The position numbers and the translations under genes are program-made. Positions 24,241 through 24,260 of a stretch of 24,260 nt of DNA are shown one piece after another. Each line of letters starts with the position of its first letter. Position 1 is the first letter of the stretch. This DNA comes from a virus (Duplodnaviria; Caudoviricetes): positions 1 through 24,260 of IMG/VR virus record IMGVR_UViG_3300023257_000113. One strand, given 5' to 3'. The notes beneath the pieces are model-generated. The model ran no database searches and was not told the DNA's origin. It worked only from the letters and a program-made list of their open reading frames with translations.

Positions 24241-24260
24241 AAATATACTTGTCTATTCTT

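Noticed and set aside
1-24260. Diversity-generating retroelement or alternative genetic code
   Set aside because: No reverse transcriptase or adenine-variant TR/VR pair was seen, and genes tile densely with all three standard stop codons in use.

Overview
The window is the virion morphogenesis region of a tailed, HK97-fold, siphovirus-type virus, with every credible gene on the minus strand. Read right to left: HTH/Zn-finger protein, portal-MuF fusion, an accessory island (metallophosphoesterase, twin-arginine trypsin-like protease, small ORFs, a ~300-nt structured RNA with a tRNA-like domain), prohead protease/scaffold, major capsid protein, decoration and fibre proteins, head-tail adaptor, a fibre module, head closure, neck, terminator, tail tube, tail chaperone with a -1 frameshift, a very short tape measure, a distal-tail-like protein and a tail tip protein that runs off the window. 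TATA-type boxes at a constant 21-nt spacing from starts, leaderless genes and U-tract terminators point to an archaeal host (inference). The most striking system is a probable neck-anchored fibre. A 1083-aa protein joins a Gly-rich tip, ~37 ExhxLSD repeats and a duplicated head-closure domain. It is co-transcribed with a small beta-sandwich subunit, micro-ORFs, a LamG lectin and a GT2-methyltransferase fusion. All calls come from motifs and gene order read by eye; no searches were run.
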